From contig JAMDAS010000025.1 in the NCBI GenBank assembly GCA_023484085.1, positions 1 to 56,146 of the forward strand: 56,146 nt of DNA, given 5' to 3'. Under the pieces are notes generated by a model. It worked only from the letters and a program-made list of their open reading frames with translations, made no database searches and was not told the DNA's origin. Source of the DNA: Candidatus Omnitrophota bacterium. GTDB lineage: Bacteria; Ratteibacteria; UBA8468; B48-G9; DTJG01. The translations under genes and the position numbers were made by a program. Each line of letters opens with the position of its first letter. Within the stretch, counting starts at the first letter, position 1. This document shows, one piece after another, positions 28,708 through 39,309 of this stretch.

Positions 28708-30081
28708 ATGATGAAAAAAAATTTGAATATTGGTATAATTGTGAGCTTTTTGATTTTTATTACTTCAGGGAACGTCTTCGCCCAATTAAACGGACAGTCA
28801 TCTTTAAATGAAAATACAAATTTTGGGAAAGCATATAATCAGTTTATTTCCGCACCTGTAAAAAGTTATGATTTTTCCCCTTGTATATCTTCATTTAACA
28901 CAATTGCCGCTGAAACCAGCAGCAAAAAAACAAAAACGTCTGCGCGGTTTTTTCTTCTACTCTCCTATTTTTGTTCCACAAATTTTGATAAGGCTTATAA
29001 TGAAATAAAAACCATATATACAAGAAAACTTTATCCGGAAAATAAAACAACCACTGTTTTGCTTCCAAAGGTAATGAACGAATATGAAGTAGGTCATTCG
29101 TCATTTCAGAGATTATTAATAAACAATTCATTGATAAAGGTTATTATGCCCGGAGAAAATGTCAGTGATCTTGTCGGGATTGAAAAAACCATAAAAATTT
29201 TTGATACCCAAAAAGAATTATCCCTTATGCAACCCACTACGGTATATAAAAACGCCCGGGAAAAAATAAATAAATTAGAAAAAGAAACAACAACTGATAA
29301 ACAGAAAAAGATAATGGACATGATGAAAAAAAACGTTGATATGATGAAGATGCCCTCTACAAGAAACTTTTACAAGATGACTGATGTGCTCTCCATTCTT
29401 ATAGAAGATAGCAGTTTTAATGGTATGAGAAACTCTATAACAAAGACAATAGGACTTTCCATATGCGCTCAAAATCTGCGACAAATAGGCATAGCATTTC
29501 ATCTATATCTGCTTGACCATAATGACTATTTTCCACCTCTTACCGTGAAGGACCGGGTACCTAATGGTACGCCAGACCAGGCTGGTAAAGGATGGATCCA
29601 ATTATTAGAGCCATATCTTGGTCTGAAAAACGTCATAGTAAAAGCAGGTGGCTGGGATAATGGATATATCCCCTTAGTTCCATCCTTATTTGACTGTCCG
29701 ACAAGACAACATTCCTGGACAATGTATGCAACCGGTGAGTATGGATATAATGATTATGTAAGCAGAGGCGGTCCTACGCCTGGATGGCCATTTTACAAGT
29801 GGTGTAAATTTTCATATGTTCCAAAACCTGATATTCAGGTGGTTGTTGCGGAGTCGTTATATGGCTCTCGTTTGTATGGTAATCATCAATTTGTAGCTCC
29901 GCATGGTCATATTCAAGTTGATGGGAATAGTTCTGTGGATTTGCAAAAAACCAGTACTTCTTTAGGAAACGTTTTATATGCAGATGGACATGTGGAAGCA
30001 CATCCGTTTAGTTGGGCAATAAGTTGGCCATATGGATATTTAAAAGGTGGAAACGACCCCTGGGATACGATGACTAAATAA
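28708..30081 (+). CDS. Sec-secreted protein with unknown N-terminal domain fused to a DUF1559/H-X-DG domain
   Basis: Signal peptide ending VFA. C-terminal CAQNLRQIGIAFHLY...YFPP...H-X26-DGHVE closely parallels 27759-28637. Confidence 0.8.
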   Translation: MMKKNLNIGIIVSFLIFITSGNVFAQLNGQSSLNENTNFGKAYNQFISAPVKSYDFSPCISSFNTIAAETSSKKTKTSARFFLLLSYFCSTNFDKAYNEIKTIYTRKLYPENKTTTVLLPKVMNEYEVGHSSFQRLLINNSLIKVIMPGENVSDLVGIEKTIKIFDTQKELSLMQPTTVYKNAREKINKLEKETTTDKQKKIMDMMKKNVDMMKMPSTRNFYKMTDVLSILIEDSSFNGMRNSITKTIGLSICAQNLRQIGIAFHLYLLDHNDYFPPLTVKDRVPNGTPDQAGKGWIQLLEPYLGLKNVIVKAGGWDNGYIPLVPSLFDCPTRQHSWTMYATGEYGYNDYVSRGGPTPGWPFYKWCKFSYVPKPDIQVVVAESLYGSRLYGNHQFVAPHGHIQVDGNSSVDLQKTSTSLGNVLYADGHVEAHPFSWAISWPYGYLKGGNDPWDTMTK

Positions 30082-30148
30082 TTTTTTTTAAAGAATGTTA
30101 TAACCATTAACAAAATGAATAAACAGAAAATAATAGGGGGAAATATTT

Positions 30149-33100
30149 ATGAAAAAAGAAATTAGAAAAATTTTGGGCTCTATTATGTTTACCGCATCAT
30201 TTACACTGATTTTTTGTTTTTCAGCAAAAGCAGAACATACGCTTCCACAATTATATTATAAATTATCTACAAGTATTGTAACACCTCATATTTCATGGGC
30301 AAATCCTTATTATAAGGGACCATTGCATATACTTGTTATAGCCCCGAGATGGCGGCAGAGAGATACAGTAGAGCTGATGGAACGCCTGGATGCGAAGGTT
30401 ACACCGGTTTTTTGTTTTAATGACAGCAGTCTTTATTTAAATGGATGGGATTGGGGTTTTGAGAAAGCAAAGGGAATCCAGAAACAGGCAGTTGAAAAAT
30501 CCCTGGATGATGCTTTAATAAGAAATTATGACGTAATTATCCTTGCCTATGCACCTATACAAACCTTTCCCAAATCTGCAGTTGAAAGCATTTTAAGAAA
30601 AGTTGAAGCAGGTACAGGACTTGTATACATTTATCCAGGGAACACAATTCCCAATAACCCTTTTGTTAAAGAACTGACACTAACGTCATTATCAGGAGTA
30701 GAGCAATCTGCAGTATCAGGAATTCCTGTTGAATGTTTACAGCTCAGGAATTATACAGGTCCTCCTAAAAGTGAAAAAGAATTGAAAAATTTTCTTTCTT
30801 TTTATAGATATGGAAATGGAAAAGTGGCTATGGTTAATTTAAACAGTACAGGTTTTCTTGCTTATCCTGCAGGTAATGATTTGGACTTTGAAACGTATAC
30901 TGCATACATGATAAACGTAATACTTGGGGTAAGCAAAAAACAAAGTCAGATACAATATACTACTTATCAACCATTTTTAAGTTCAGATGCAGGCAAGCCG
31001 TTCAATTATAAATTATCCCTGGATAATACGGGAAATTCCTTGAGAGCAAATATTACAATATCTGTCCATCCATTTAAGCAATTGTTTGTTCCCAAAGAAC
31101 CGGAAGTAAACCAGGGAATAAATAATGCGTCAGGATATATTGCTTCATACTGGAAAGAAAAGAAAAATATATCTTTACCTGCAGGACAATCTAACGTTTC
31201 TTTTGCAATTCCAGGACTTGCTGCCGGAAATTATTATATTTTTGTACAGGTTTTATCTGGAGGAAAAAAGGTATCATTTTGTATTCAAAAACTTACAGTT
31301 AAATCCGGGATTAAAATAGAAAAAGTTCAGATAACACCTTCAGCCATGGATTTAAATAATTCAAACAGGAATATTAAGGTTGAATTAGATTTAAGTGCTC
31401 CTGCACCATCAAATTCATCTTTATCCGCTGTTTTACTTGATAATTATGACAGGATTCTTGATGCCAAAACTTTTGAAATAAAACAAAATAGTAATAACGA
31501 ACAATTCAATCTTTCAGTTAACCATATTTTTTCAACCCTTGGAAAAGTTAGGGTAATACTTTCTATAAACAAAAAAATAATGTCTGTAAAAACCGGCTAT
31601 TTTACGGTTTATCACAGAAAATGGCCCAATTTTACGTTTTTTGCCTGGGGAGGAGAAACAGGTTCTTATGATTATGATATGATGAGAAAAATTGAAGTTT
31701 CAATGGGAGTAGATGCTTTTAGAGGTGGGGACTCCATAGAAACGCTTAGGATTGCAGATGATAGATGTATTCCTGATATGTATAGACTTCTTGCAGGCGT
31801 AAAAAATGGGAAAGTAGAACCTTCTTATGTTAACCCTGATAATCGCATTGAAAGGGCAAAACAAATTTTTTCTGCTGTTAAAGATACCATGCCATTTGAC
31901 CCGTATGCCTATCTTCAGGGTGATGAGTTTGGTTTTATTAATGGTGGTTTACCTGGTGCATCCAAAGGGAAAAACTCTATAGAAGATTTCAGGAGATACT
32001 TAAAAGCTAAATATAAAACTATTGATAATCTTAATAAACAGTGGGGATTTAATTATGATTCTTTTTATCAGATAGAGCCGGTTACAACAGGAAGTAAGGT
32101 TGATGCCGCCAGGAAAGCCCTTGATTTTTCATATCTTATTGACCAGTGGACGTATAACTGGTATGTCTTTGGAGATTCCGTCAGGTTTTATCATGATGCA
32201 TTAAAGGATATAGACCCTACGGCAAAACTTGGATTATCCACACCTCTATGGAATTATTATTACCGTGCCTATGACTGGCCTGTTCTTATGAAATATATTG
32301 AATTTTTTACACCATATAATGATTTTGGCGGTGATGCCCATTATGACATTGCCCGGTGTTTTGCAAAACCAGGTACAGTATTAAGTCAGCACTATGGTTC
32401 TTACTCTAATGTTTTAAACAATCTTCCTTACTACAAGGTAATGCCCTATGCATTGCTACTTGATGGCTGCCAAAATCTTTTCTGGTATAACTTGGGTTTT
32501 GGTGATGAATCAGGAATTTCACCTTCAATGACCCCATACCCGGGTTTTGAAACGACTTCCCTTGAAGTAAAAAAAATTAAAAGCGGGATTGGAAATCTAT
32601 TTGTTCATTCCAGCAGGATAAAAGGCAGGATTGGCATAGAATACAATGAACCTTCTTTCCTTTTTTCTTTTCTTGTTTCTTCTCCAAACGTTCCATGGAC
32701 GTATAATGAATTGAGGACTTGTCTTTCAAACCTTGGTTATGACTATCAATTTATCTCAGACAGTCAGATTTTAAAAGGAGGGCTTTCATCTTATAAGATT
32801 CTTTTTTTACCTGTTTCTCAATGTATCAGTTCAAGACTGTCAAAAAAATTAAAAGAATTTGTTGAAGGTGGAGGTCTTCTTATTGCAGTCGTAAAACCTG
32901 GTCTTTTTGACGGACATGGAAAATATTATGGAAAATCAAGTCCGAGCAGCAGAATTTTTGGGCTTGAGTGGAAAAATCCTTTACAACAACTTGGGCTTGG
33001 ATGGAAAAAGCCTTTACAACAATCCTCACCTGGAAAAATTCATCAGATAACGGGCAAATATAAAAATGAAAAATTTCAATGGACGTTTAAGTCGGATGAA

Positions 33101-33862
33101 CAGATTTCTGTTGATACATCTGTAATTCTTGATGGTGCAACTCCAATATCAATGTTTAAAGGAGCACCGCTGGTTACGTACAACAATGTTGGAAAGGGGG
33201 TTGCAATTTGTTTAAATTTTATTTCATACGGTCAGAATATTAACGCTAATATTATTTCTGCAATCCTTTCTGCACAGGGTATATATCCGCCTGTTGACAT
33301 TGCACCTGATCCGGCTAAAGGCAGTCCTGGCAAATGGATAAAGAATTTTAGATTTACAAGGTTTTCAGATGGCAGTGCTCTATACTGCGGATTTTCCCGC
33401 CTGGAAGGCAAAAAACCTGTTTCAATTACAATAAAATTTAAAAATAAAGGCTATGTATATGACGTTCTTACAGGTAAATATCTTGGAGAACATAAAACAT
33501 TGAGGACAATAGTTAACCCTTATGATGCAGGAATATATGCAATTTTGCAATATAAAATTACAGGATTATCAGGCAGTCTTGAAACACAAAGTCTGCCCCG
33601 GGGTGAAGAAGTAAAAGGGGACGTCCAGATTAATGTTTCAGGGAAAATTCCAGGTTATCAGGTAATCCATTTAGATGTTATCAGACCCGATGGAAAAGAG
33701 CCGGTGTATTTACGACAAAACCTTGTATCAATAAATGGCGTGCCGGCAAAATTTTCTGTTCCAATGGCTCTTAATGAATTGACAGGGATATGGAAACTGA
33801 AATTTACTGAACCTGTATCTCAAAAATCAACAACTTTAAGTTTCACACTTACTAAAAAATAG
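30149..33862 (+). CDS. Large secreted GH42-like glycoside hydrolase with beta-galactosidase trimerisation domain
   Basis: Signal peptide, QGDE, FRRYLKAKYKTIDNLNKQWG, and trimerisation-like YKILFLP..LKEFVEGGG. Ig-like C-terminus. Confidence 0.7.
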   Translation: MKKEIRKILGSIMFTASFTLIFCFSAKAEHTLPQLYYKLSTSIVTPHISWANPYYKGPLHILVIAPRWRQRDTVELMERLDAKVTPVFCFNDSSLYLNGWDWGFEKAKGIQKQAVEKSLDDALIRNYDVIILAYAPIQTFPKSAVESILRKVEAGTGLVYIYPGNTIPNNPFVKELTLTSLSGVEQSAVSGIPVECLQLRNYTGPPKSEKELKNFLSFYRYGNGKVAMVNLNSTGFLAYPAGNDLDFETYTAYMINVILGVSKKQSQIQYTTYQPFLSSDAGKPFNYKLSLDNTGNSLRANITISVHPFKQLFVPKEPEVNQGINNASGYIASYWKEKKNISLPAGQSNVSFAIPGLAAGNYYIFVQVLSGGKKVSFCIQKLTVKSGIKIEKVQITPSAMDLNNSNRNIKVELDLSAPAPSNSSLSAVLLDNYDRILDAKTFEIKQNSNNEQFNLSVNHIFSTLGKVRVILSINKKIMSVKTGYFTVYHRKWPNFTFFAWGGETGSYDYDMMRKIEVSMGVDAFRGGDSIETLRIADDRCIPDMYRLLAGVKNGKVEPSYVNPDNRIERAKQIFSAVKDTMPFDPYAYLQGDEFGFINGGLPGASKGKNSIEDFRRYLKAKYKTIDNLNKQWGFNYDSFYQIEPVTTGSKVDAARKALDFSYLIDQWTYNWYVFGDSVRFYHDALKDIDPTAKLGLSTPLWNYYYRAYDWPVLMKYIEFFTPYNDFGGDAHYDIARCFAKPGTVLSQHYGSYSNVLNNLPYYKVMPYALLLDGCQNLFWYNLGFGDESGISPSMTPYPGFETTSLEVKKIKSGIGNLFVHSSRIKGRIGIEYNEPSFLFSFLVSSPNVPWTYNELRTCLSNLGYDYQFISDSQILKGGLSSYKILFLPVSQCISSRLSKKLKEFVEGGGLLIAVVKPGLFDGHGKYYGKSSPSSRIFGLEWKNPLQQLGLGWKKPLQQSSPGKIHQITGKYKNEKFQWTFKSDEQISVDTSVILDGATPISMFKGAPLVTYNNVGKGVAICLNFISYGQNINANIISAILSAQGIYPPVDIAPDPAKGSPGKWIKNFRFTRFSDGSALYCGFSRLEGKKPVSITIKFKNKGYVYDVLTGKYLGEHKTLRTIVNPYDAGIYAILQYKITGLSGSLETQSLPRGEEVKGDVQINVSGKIPGYQVIHLDVIRPDGKEPVYLRQNLVSINGVPAKFSVPMALNELTGIWKLKFTEPVSQKSTTLSFTLTKK
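32958..33022 (+). repeat. 33-bp in-frame tandem duplication
   Basis: Encodes GLEWKNPLQQL / GLGWKKPLQQ. Confidence 0.8.
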
Positions 33863-33907
33863 AACTGAAAAAAAGAAATCTTAACAAAATAAACATAGGG
33901 GGGAATT

Positions 33908-36900
33908 ATGCCAAAATTGAAGACGTATTTGTTCCTGTCTTTTTTTATACTTTTGTTCCTGTCTTTTTCCGGTTACAGCCAGCAGACTCACCCATCAAAA
34001 ATAAGTCATGGTACTCCATACTGGTGGAATAGCGGTGCAAAATGGAAAGAACCTCAAATTTTAAGAAAGGCATACTGGATATGGAACCGTAAAGACATGC
34101 TGGCTGATATGGATAAAGGCAACACTTTTGTATTTTCAAAAAAAATAGAAGTTCCATCAGATATTTCTAAAGCCTTTATTCTTATTTCTGCACAGGGTTA
34201 TTATAAATTTTATGTAAATGGTAAAGAGGTGGGGAGTGATACTGACGTAGTAACGCTTGACAGGTATGACGTAAAAAATTTTCTGAAGCATGGGGAAAAC
34301 AGCCTTATGATTGAATCAAAAAGTGATACCTGGTATGCAGGATTGTTCGTTGCAGGAACTGTTTCCCTGAAAAACGGGAAAAAACTGAAAATTCTAAGTA
34401 ACAATTCATGGAATATAGCCCAAAAGGGACAGTTACAAACAAAACCGGCCGCTGAACTCGTTCGCGGGGTTAATGGCGGATTTTGGAATAATGTTGGCAG
34501 AAAAATGGTCATGCCCTCTTTATGGTATAAGTTAAATACAAAACTTAATGTTCCTGGTATCGGGTGGGCAAACCCCTATTATGCAGGAGGAAAAATAAAA
34601 GTATTGGTGATTCAGCCGAGGGCACAACAAAGGGATACAGTGGAATTGGTTGACGATACGAATTTTAACGTATCCACAGTGTTTTCTGATGCAAACCAAT
34701 TTAATGAGCAACATTCAGGTGCGCCATTTTTTGAAGTTATGAAGGGGATGTCTGTCCAAACAATAGAAGCAAACATAAAAAAAGCACTGAGAACAGAACC
34801 GGACGTAATTATTCTCGGTGGATTTGGATATGACACTGACAGGATTTTCAAAACCACACTGGAGGATTTTCTAAAAACATATCTAATTAATGGAGGTGGT
34901 CTGATTTATCTGGAAGGTGCAATTCCTGATAAAACGTTTGAAAAAGAAATCACTGCAAACATTGTTAAACAGATACCGGATTTTTTAAATACAGGTTTTC
35001 CTTATAAAGACCTTCCTGGCTTTAAAAGTTTTCAAAATACGGCAAGCTTGTTTACTTTCGGGAAAGGCCGTATAGTATGCCTGAACAACAACGTTTTTGG
35101 AGGTTATGGTCTATTTGCCAACGTTCCTTCAGATACAAGTGACCTTGATTATCAGTATTACATGTTATCTGCCATAAAAGAAATCTTATGGACGTCTCAC
35201 GATGAACCGGCTACGACTTTTAAAAATTTCCCTGAAGACATAGATTCAAATGGAAAGAACAAACAAATAACGTTCACACTTTTACACGTTGCCAGACCTA
35301 TGACCGTTACCATGGAGGTTATGTCAAAAAAAATACTTTTTAATCTGCCTGAACAGCCAATAACAAACCAGGGGGAGAAAAGAGGGGGATTTTCACTGTT
35401 TCCTGTGTATAAATCTTCCCAAAGAATAAAACAGGGGAAAGAGGTTTTTTGTTCCTTTAACGTTCCTTTTCTTCCTTCCGGGAAATATTATGCAAACATA
35501 ATCTTGTCTGAAAATGGTAAATACGTGAATTGGGCGACGGCGTTTTTATCTGTCAATCATGAGTTTGCCATATCTCAAATTAAACTTTCAAAAAAATATA
35601 TAGACGTTGCAGATGGGAGAAAAGACAGTATAGGGGCTACCGTAACATTTACAAAACCTGCACCAGAAAATACAGTAGTTGAATTTTCACTGATAGATAA
35701 TTATTACAGGATTTTAGCCACAAAAAGAATAATCATTAAACCCGGCTCAACGCATGTGAACGTTTTATTTCCTGTTTCAGGGTTTATCACCACCCTTGGT
35801 AAAATTCATGCGGCTCTTCATGTAAACAATAATCTTGTGTCAGTAAAAACGGCTGATTTTACTGCCATACGCAGAGACTGGAACAGGTTTACGTTTTTTG
35901 CCTGGACAGCAGGAGATTCCGGGCACCAGGGCAATGTTTATCTGAGAGAGCTTGCGAATCTCGGGCTGGATGCTTCCCGTGGTGCAAAAATTAATATCAA
36001 ATGGCTTGAGGCGGCAGATATGGTAGCACTTCCGGCTTATCCCATATTAAGTACCACAGAACCTATGGAAAAGATAAAAAAAGAATATAGCTCGTATGCT
36101 GCTGAAATAATAAACAGTCAATTAAGATTTGACCCTATTGTATTCAATGCAGGAGATGAATTTTATTATCCCGGAGGAGATGAATCCCCTGCAATGGTCA
36201 TGGAATTCAGGAAATACCTTGAAAACAAGTATAAAACTATTCAGACTCTCAATAACGACTGGGGAACTAATTATTCAACCTTTGAGGATATATATCCATT
36301 GACAATGAAGGATACTAAAACTCTTACTCCTGCAGGTGCTTTTGAAAGTGTGGATAACTTCTTAAAAAAAGCCAATTCGGATAAAAACTATAGCCGATAC
36401 CTTGACCAGTGGCTAAATGATTATAACGTATACTTTAATATTTTTAAGTCTGCACGCCAGGCATTAAAAAAAGTATACCCATATGCAAGAGTGGGAGTGG
36501 ACTGTCCTATGTGGCCGGATGCATATTCAGGACATGACTGGTTTAGATTTATGCAGGACTTTGACTATTTTGCGCCATATGGAAGGAATGGTGAAATCAT
36601 TCCTGAAAAAGAAGCGCGTTCCTATAAAAAACAGGGCCAGTTTATCGGACTGGAATATGGCGGGTATAATTATATGGCTTTCAACAGAAAAGAAGAACTC
36701 ACGGATACTGCCTGGCAGCATTGGAGAATCTGGAATGGTTTGTTGAATGGGTTTACGAGTATCTGGTGGTATCAATTAACTCCTCCCGGCAATGAATGTA
36801 ATTTAAGTCCCGGTTTTCTTCCTTATTCTACATTGAAAACGGCAGCAGACGATATATCTAAAATCAGGGATGGCTACTATACCCTTTTTAACGGTAGAAA

Positions 36901-38167
36901 TATAAAAAGAATTTATGGCCCTGTCGCCATATATGATTCCATCAGAAGCCGTCTTGTGGATACATGGCTGCCGTCGGAATTTGGCTCAGGGACTTTAGGT
37001 AATAATATGGACGTTCATGTGTTAATGCATATTCTTCAGCATTTTTGCGGGATGCCGTACACTTTCATATCTTCCCGGCAAATACTTAATGGAGAGTTGG
37101 GTAAATATAAAGTTCTTATGATGCCTGAATCTGTTTCAATAAAAAATAATGTAGCAAAAGAGTTAATCCGTTTTGTAAAAAATGGAGGTATTCTTATTGC
37201 GGATGTAAGACCTGGTATTTTTAACGGTAAAGGTGAATGGAACGATACGATTCCCTCTCTTTTTGGAATATCATACAAAAAAGAATTGAAACGTGAAAAA
37301 GTACAGGGAAACATTAATGGAATATTATTGGAAAAAAAGATAGATATTTCTTCTTTGGAACCTTTTCCTGCAGATGCATCTCTTCAGCTAAATGGAGCAA
37401 AACCCGTTAGTGAAATAAACAATATTCCACTGCTTATAGTAAACCAAATTGGTAAAGGCAAGTCCATATGTTTAAATATCCCGTTTAATTATTATAGAGG
37501 CACTATCATGCCTGATTCTCTATATGCATACTGGGGGGATAAAAAACAGAATATATTAATTGCCTCTATTCTAAATATGTTATTCAGAACGCTCAATATT
37601 CATAAGCCTGTCAGAATAGAAACAGAAAATGGGAAATGGCCCATCAGAATGGCAGTAACATACCTCAAAGATGGACAGGCGCAATATATCGGCATAACCA
37701 GGCAAAGAAACAGCGATTCAGAAAAATCCGTTAAAATAACCATATATCCTCCGGTAGCCGGTTATGTCTATAACGTGCTTACCGGAAAATACATTGGAAA
37801 AAAGTCCTCGTTTACAACCTTAGTTCATCCTGTTGACGTCGGGATTTTTTCAGTGCTTCCCTACAAATTAAAAGGAATAGCGATAAGTTCTTCTGAAAAA
37901 GTAAGAAGAGGCGAAACTCTCAAAGGTGAGATTTTTCTGCAGACTGATGAAAAAACTCCGGCGAACTGCAGACATGTTATTCATCTTTCCGTGATAAGAC
38001 CTGATGGGAAAAACGTTTCTTACCTTTCCACCAATTTACAAACGGATAATGGTAAGGCTGATTTTTCTATTCCTTTTGTTCTTAATGAACCAAAAGGAAA
38101 ATGGAAATTACAGTTTACGGATGTAGCTACCGGGATATTAAAATCATTCATAATGGATGTTTATTAA
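33908..38167 (+). CDS. Large secreted GH42-like paralogue with extra N-terminal beta-sandwich
   Basis: Shares WANPYY, QRDTVEL, FTFFAW, GDEF, FRKYL..KYKTI..LN..WG and HL.VIRPDGK with 30149-33862. The N-terminal domain resembles rhamnosidase/CBM67-like modules (YWIW...ISAQGYYKFYVNG). Confidence 0.7.
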   Translation: MPKLKTYLFLSFFILLFLSFSGYSQQTHPSKISHGTPYWWNSGAKWKEPQILRKAYWIWNRKDMLADMDKGNTFVFSKKIEVPSDISKAFILISAQGYYKFYVNGKEVGSDTDVVTLDRYDVKNFLKHGENSLMIESKSDTWYAGLFVAGTVSLKNGKKLKILSNNSWNIAQKGQLQTKPAAELVRGVNGGFWNNVGRKMVMPSLWYKLNTKLNVPGIGWANPYYAGGKIKVLVIQPRAQQRDTVELVDDTNFNVSTVFSDANQFNEQHSGAPFFEVMKGMSVQTIEANIKKALRTEPDVIILGGFGYDTDRIFKTTLEDFLKTYLINGGGLIYLEGAIPDKTFEKEITANIVKQIPDFLNTGFPYKDLPGFKSFQNTASLFTFGKGRIVCLNNNVFGGYGLFANVPSDTSDLDYQYYMLSAIKEILWTSHDEPATTFKNFPEDIDSNGKNKQITFTLLHVARPMTVTMEVMSKKILFNLPEQPITNQGEKRGGFSLFPVYKSSQRIKQGKEVFCSFNVPFLPSGKYYANIILSENGKYVNWATAFLSVNHEFAISQIKLSKKYIDVADGRKDSIGATVTFTKPAPENTVVEFSLIDNYYRILATKRIIIKPGSTHVNVLFPVSGFITTLGKIHAALHVNNNLVSVKTADFTAIRRDWNRFTFFAWTAGDSGHQGNVYLRELANLGLDASRGAKINIKWLEAADMVALPAYPILSTTEPMEKIKKEYSSYAAEIINSQLRFDPIVFNAGDEFYYPGGDESPAMVMEFRKYLENKYKTIQTLNNDWGTNYSTFEDIYPLTMKDTKTLTPAGAFESVDNFLKKANSDKNYSRYLDQWLNDYNVYFNIFKSARQALKKVYPYARVGVDCPMWPDAYSGHDWFRFMQDFDYFAPYGRNGEIIPEKEARSYKKQGQFIGLEYGGYNYMAFNRKEELTDTAWQHWRIWNGLLNGFTSIWWYQLTPPGNECNLSPGFLPYSTLKTAADDISKIRDGYYTLFNGRNIKRIYGPVAIYDSIRSRLVDTWLPSEFGSGTLGNNMDVHVLMHILQHFCGMPYTFISSRQILNGELGKYKVLMMPESVSIKNNVAKELIRFVKNGGILIADVRPGIFNGKGEWNDTIPSLFGISYKKELKREKVQGNINGILLEKKIDISSLEPFPADASLQLNGAKPVSEINNIPLLIVNQIGKGKSICLNIPFNYYRGTIMPDSLYAYWGDKKQNILIASILNMLFRTLNIHKPVRIETENGKWPIRMAVTYLKDGQAQYIGITRQRNSDSEKSVKITIYPPVAGYVYNVLTGKYIGKKSSFTTLVHPVDVGIFSVLPYKLKGIAISSSEKVRRGETLKGEIFLQTDEKTPANCRHVIHLSVIRPDGKNVSYLSTNLQTDNGKADFSIPFVLNEPKGKWKLQFTDVATGILKSFIMDVY

Positions 38168-38281
38168 TCTAAGAAAGCATGAGACAATATGTCAAGGTAG
38201 GTGCAAGTGTTCCTGTAGGGGTGGAGGGGGTAAGATTACTTATAAAATTGAAACAATGTATTACATACGAGGAGGAATTAA

Positions 38282-39292
38282 ATGGGTGAAAAAATTAGAA
38301 TTGCTGTTATTGGATGTGGAACAGTTGTTGGGTACGGGCATTTGCCAGATATTGAAGCGTTACAGGAAGAAGATGTGGAACTAACAGGTTTTGTCGATAC
38401 AGACCCCGTGCGGCTTGAAGAACTTTCCCGCAGATTTCCGAAGGTACGGCAATATTCGAATTATCAGGAAATGCTTGCCAGTGATACAACAGACATTGTT
38501 GTCATTGCCACCCTCTCATCAACTCATTATCAGATTGCGCTTGATGCCATGAACGCGGGCAAGCACGTTTTGGTGGAAAAACCACCGTCTCTTTCTCCAG
38601 ATGAATGTTTTTTGATGGAAGAGAAAGCGAAGGAAACAAATCTAATATGTGCCGTAGATTTTATTTTACGGTATCAGAAGTCATTTTTGGTGATGCGGGA
38701 AATGCTGGAGGAAGGGGTAATCGGGAAATTGTTTGCCGTGCGGACAGTTAATGATTGGGCCGGAGCCGACCATCGTGGCATGTTTACAGGTCGTCAAAAA
38801 AGAATTATAGAGGGCGGTTCTTCTATGTTTCACGAAGGCATTCACTTTGTGGACATGATACGATGGATAAGTCATTGTGAGTTCAAGGATATTTATGGCG
38901 CCGGCGTTAGTATTCAAGGCAAAGTCAAGGGATACGATAACAATGACCATTGCGTGATGCTCTCGCGTCTTGATAATGGCGTGTTAGTCAACATGGAAGA
39001 AAGCCACAGTTTTGGTTTTTCCTCAAAAGACGAAGTCTCGGATCGCCAGTTTGTATTAATGGGAACAGATGGCGTTATTATCTGGACTGAAGGTAAAGGA
39101 TGCGTGAAAATGTTCGGCAGGAATGAGACGCGTGTTGTAGAAGTGTCGGACAATAAAGATTTTATTTCGTTATATCGTGATTTCCTTTCCAGCGTAAAAA
39201 CAGGAAGGTTCGTCGGAAACATTCCGACTATTCATGACGGGTATGAAGCATTGAAGGTCGTGTGGAAGTTTGACTCTGAAAGAACGTATTGA
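38282..39292 (+). CDS. Gfo/Idh/MocA oxidoreductase
   Basis: IAVIGCG, GKHVLVEKP and GIHFVD. GGAGG RBS. Confidence 0.92.
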   Translation: MGEKIRIAVIGCGTVVGYGHLPDIEALQEEDVELTGFVDTDPVRLEELSRRFPKVRQYSNYQEMLASDTTDIVVIATLSSTHYQIALDAMNAGKHVLVEKPPSLSPDECFLMEEKAKETNLICAVDFILRYQKSFLVMREMLEEGVIGKLFAVRTVNDWAGADHRGMFTGRQKRIIEGGSSMFHEGIHFVDMIRWISHCEFKDIYGAGVSIQGKVKGYDNNDHCVMLSRLDNGVLVNMEESHSFGFSSKDEVSDRQFVLMGTDGVIIWTEGKGCVKMFGRNETRVVEVSDNKDFISLYRDFLSSVKTGRFVGNIPTIHDGYEALKVVWKFDSERTY

Positions 39293-39309
39293 AGGAGGTT
39301 CTCTTGCAT

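Noticed and set aside
38157-38384. 75-aa Cys/Gly-rich ORF
   Set aside because: It overlaps both neighbours out of frame and has no convincing RBS.
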